In this document: piece after piece, positions 63,001-64,000 of the stretch
Position numbering within the stretch: the first letter of the stretch is position 1
How the letters are laid out: every line of letters starts with the position of its first letter
Assembly (NCBI GenBank): GCA_030295235.1
Contig: AP026164.1
Coordinates: 1,798,001 to 1,862,000, forward strand
Direction: 5' to 3'
DNA from: Fistulifera solaris
Lineage: Eukaryota
DNA length: 64,000 nucleotides
Program-made: the position numbers and the translations under genes
Notes under the pieces: generated by a model
What the model saw: only the letters and a program-made list of their open reading frames with translations
What the model was told of the DNA's origin: nothing
Database searches by the model: none

Positions 63001-64000
63001 GGCCATATTAGGCCGCTTTGTCTTCGGTCTTTCTACTACTGAGATACTTCAGCGACAACTTCTGTTTACGAGTGGCCATCGCTTCATTGTCAGCGAATCG
63101 GCAAGCTTGGTTATTTCGAGAATCGCAGGTACAATATCGGGTCTCTTTTTGGGAGCATGCATTGAAGCATTACCACTCTTGGTGAACTCTCTTGATGTGC
63201 GGTTCCTTCGGGCGGGAAATTGGTTGCTGATCGTGACATGGCTACTCCTTCTTATTGCTGTTTGTATGAGGTTTCGGGAGTTGGAGTACGTCGCATTAAA
63301 GGCCGATAGTCACTGCCAAGGAGCGGTTGATGCGGCTGCTCAGAGAATCAATGATGGAAGCTCTAGCGAATCAGACTCTCCCAATCCTTCACGTATGTTA
63401 TATGGTGCTGAGAGAGCCGACCTGAATGATGATCTTCTAACAACATTGGTCAAGGCAAAGCACCCCAGTATTCCTAGCGGCCACGATAGTTACCAATCTA
63501 AACATAATCGATTACCAGGAACACCCAAAAAGAAACGATCCAAAAACTGGAGAAACTTTGTCGTACGGATCCGCAAGCTTCTTGATTTCCACATCGGCAT
63601 CCCTGTTTCACTCTTCGTTCTTTTTGTCGCATCTTTTGCGTGGAGGCCTTCTTCACCGGGACCCCCCTCGTTACGAACGAATACTTCGGCTGGGATGGTG
63701 CTCAAGCATCTAGCTTTCTCGGCTTTCTTTCTTGCACGACATTCCTTATTCACTGGATCTGTGAGCGCGTCTCTCGCGGCTATGAGGACAGAATTGTTAT
63801 TAAGGTAAGCATCCATCTTTCTTCATCGTTTGTTTACTGTTGAGTCCGACTCCTCACACATGGGTGCTTTCAGAATTCTATTGGACTAGTTGCGATTGGT
63901 TTATTTGTGACAATCAACTGGGTGTCAATCATTTACCTTGCAACGCGCTACTCAATATTACTGGAGGAGACGGAGCATGGCCACCCCCATGTGTACGACT
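60018..64000 (+). CDS. SPX-domain + MFS transporter protein (vacuolar phosphate transporter-like architecture); spliced, frameshifted, runs off window end
   Basis: MVGFGSSL...GWEGAYLDYETLKLLL; ECEKVELF; LRFICVNLVAVRKICRKHD (SPX). Downstream TM helices with ILGRFVFGL (MFS). Introns near 61065-61131, 62669-62728, 63805-63873. Confidence 0.85.

Overview
Gene-dense eukaryotic DNA with short GT-AG introns. It is almost certainly a pennate diatom: it has a fucoxanthin-chlorophyll LHC, bipartite plastid-targeting peptides and diatom-type gene families. A Fistulifera-like origin is my inference from one expanded repeat-protein family. About 30 genes or gene relics are visible: a tandem pair of divergent nitrilase-fold proteins, a hemerythrin-domain protein, an F-box protein, CNDP2, a RING-TPR-DnaJ fusion, TLK, eIF4A-III, an amino-acid transporter, a Cys-rich small protein, a 5'-truncated LHC, SNF7, PP2C, GNAT, a silicanin-like membrane protein, LSM4, an EDR2-C protein, isocitrate lyase, poly(A) polymerase, a small bZIP-like protein, an M16 peptidase, ClpP, KTI12, a TTBK/CK1 kinase, a Nudix-aldo/keto-reductase fusion, NTAN1 and SPX-MFS. 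Many genes carry 1-bp indels in homopolymers, which look like assembly errors. The most notable items are: (1) an intact 394-bp TRIM-type miniature LTR retroelement with identical 120-bp LTRs, a 6-bp TSD and tRNA T-arm/B-box motifs in both the LTR and the PBS; (2) a spliced Nudix-AKR fusion; (3) a bZIP microprotein lacking the DNA-binding signature residues; (4) a recurrent GGTAC(C) motif upstream of many genes; (5) a 5'-truncated CRE-like LINE with a poly(A) tail. All calls come from motif recognition by eye; no searches were run.
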